In this document: one piece after another, positions 63,493-64,000 of the stretch
Numbering within the stretch: position 1 is the first letter of the stretch
How the letters are laid out: each line of letters begins with the position of its first letter
Assembly: GCF_018977255.1 (NCBI RefSeq)
Contig: NW_024704743.1
Location: 101,062,001 to 101,126,000 of the forward strand
From: Callorhinchus milii
Taxonomy: Eukaryota
Length of the DNA stretch: 64,000 nt
Direction of reading: 5' to 3'
Program-made: the position numbers and the translations under genes
Notes under the pieces: model-generated
Seen by the model: only the letters and a program-made list of their open reading frames with translations
Databases searched by the model: none
Told to the model about the DNA's origin: nothing

Positions 63493-64000
63493 AGGCCTAG
63501 ATGGGTGCAATTTTGTGTGTTTCTCACAAGGATTGATGAGTGAATTGAGCTACCTGCTCTGTCTCTTGCTGACCTGCTGGAACTCTGTTCAGACAGTGAT
63601 CTTCAGCCTTCACTGACTGCATTCCAATTTTATGGAAATCAGAATCTGAGAGGATTTCTGATAAGTTGGCATGAGACACATCTTTTACAAGCCTTTAAAA
63701 TTACTCTTCTTTCCACCCCCCAAACATCCAACATTAACGGGAACAAGTGCCACACTGGTGGGGGAATAGACAAACATCTCAGTCCCAAACAGAAGAAATA
63801 TGAATACTCAAGGCCAGTTATGGTAAAGCAGAGACAGTTAAGAGAGCAAGAGAGATGTACAGATGTACACCGAGACCCTGAGTGATTGAAATAAACAAGG
63901 ATGCAATTTATTCCTTAATAGGGAATTAGCACCCATACGTCAAGTCAATACAAACCATAGAGAATGCCTGCAAGTTACTGGCAAAATATCAGACATCCAT

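Noticed and set aside
1..64000. CRISPR arrays, operons, rRNA or other prokaryotic systems
   Set aside because: None seen; the window is spliced vertebrate genomic DNA.

Overview
Eukaryotic intron-rich DNA, most likely from a cartilaginous fish (inferred from the repeat families). The window holds the middle of one large minus-strand gene of the lethal(3)malignant brain tumour-like family, best matching L3MBTL4. I assembled 13 internal coding exons by hand (63087 down to 7836; 1521 nt, all GT-AG, phases consistent, no stops). They encode three MBT repeats with an intact methyl-lysine pocket in MBT2, then TWO CCHHC (zf-C2HC) zinc fingers and the start of the pre-SAM region. The start codon and the SAM exons lie outside the window. 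Introns are rich in mobile elements: tRNA-derived SINEs (Deu-domain type, a CORE-like/Deu chimaeric type, and LF-SINE-like), L2 and CR1 LINE fragments, Tc1/mariner- and hAT-type non-autonomous DNA elements, and a ~200-bp palindrome carrying a hammerhead-like motif. Highlights: (1) two frame-symmetric exons whose alternative skipping would give either a mammalian L3MBTL1-like or a mammalian L3MBTL4-like finger architecture; (2) the palindromic element 25 nt from a splice donor; (3) several templated or snap-back insertion scars; (4) unusual splice sites. Comparisons to human proteins and repeat consensuses are from memory; no database search was run.
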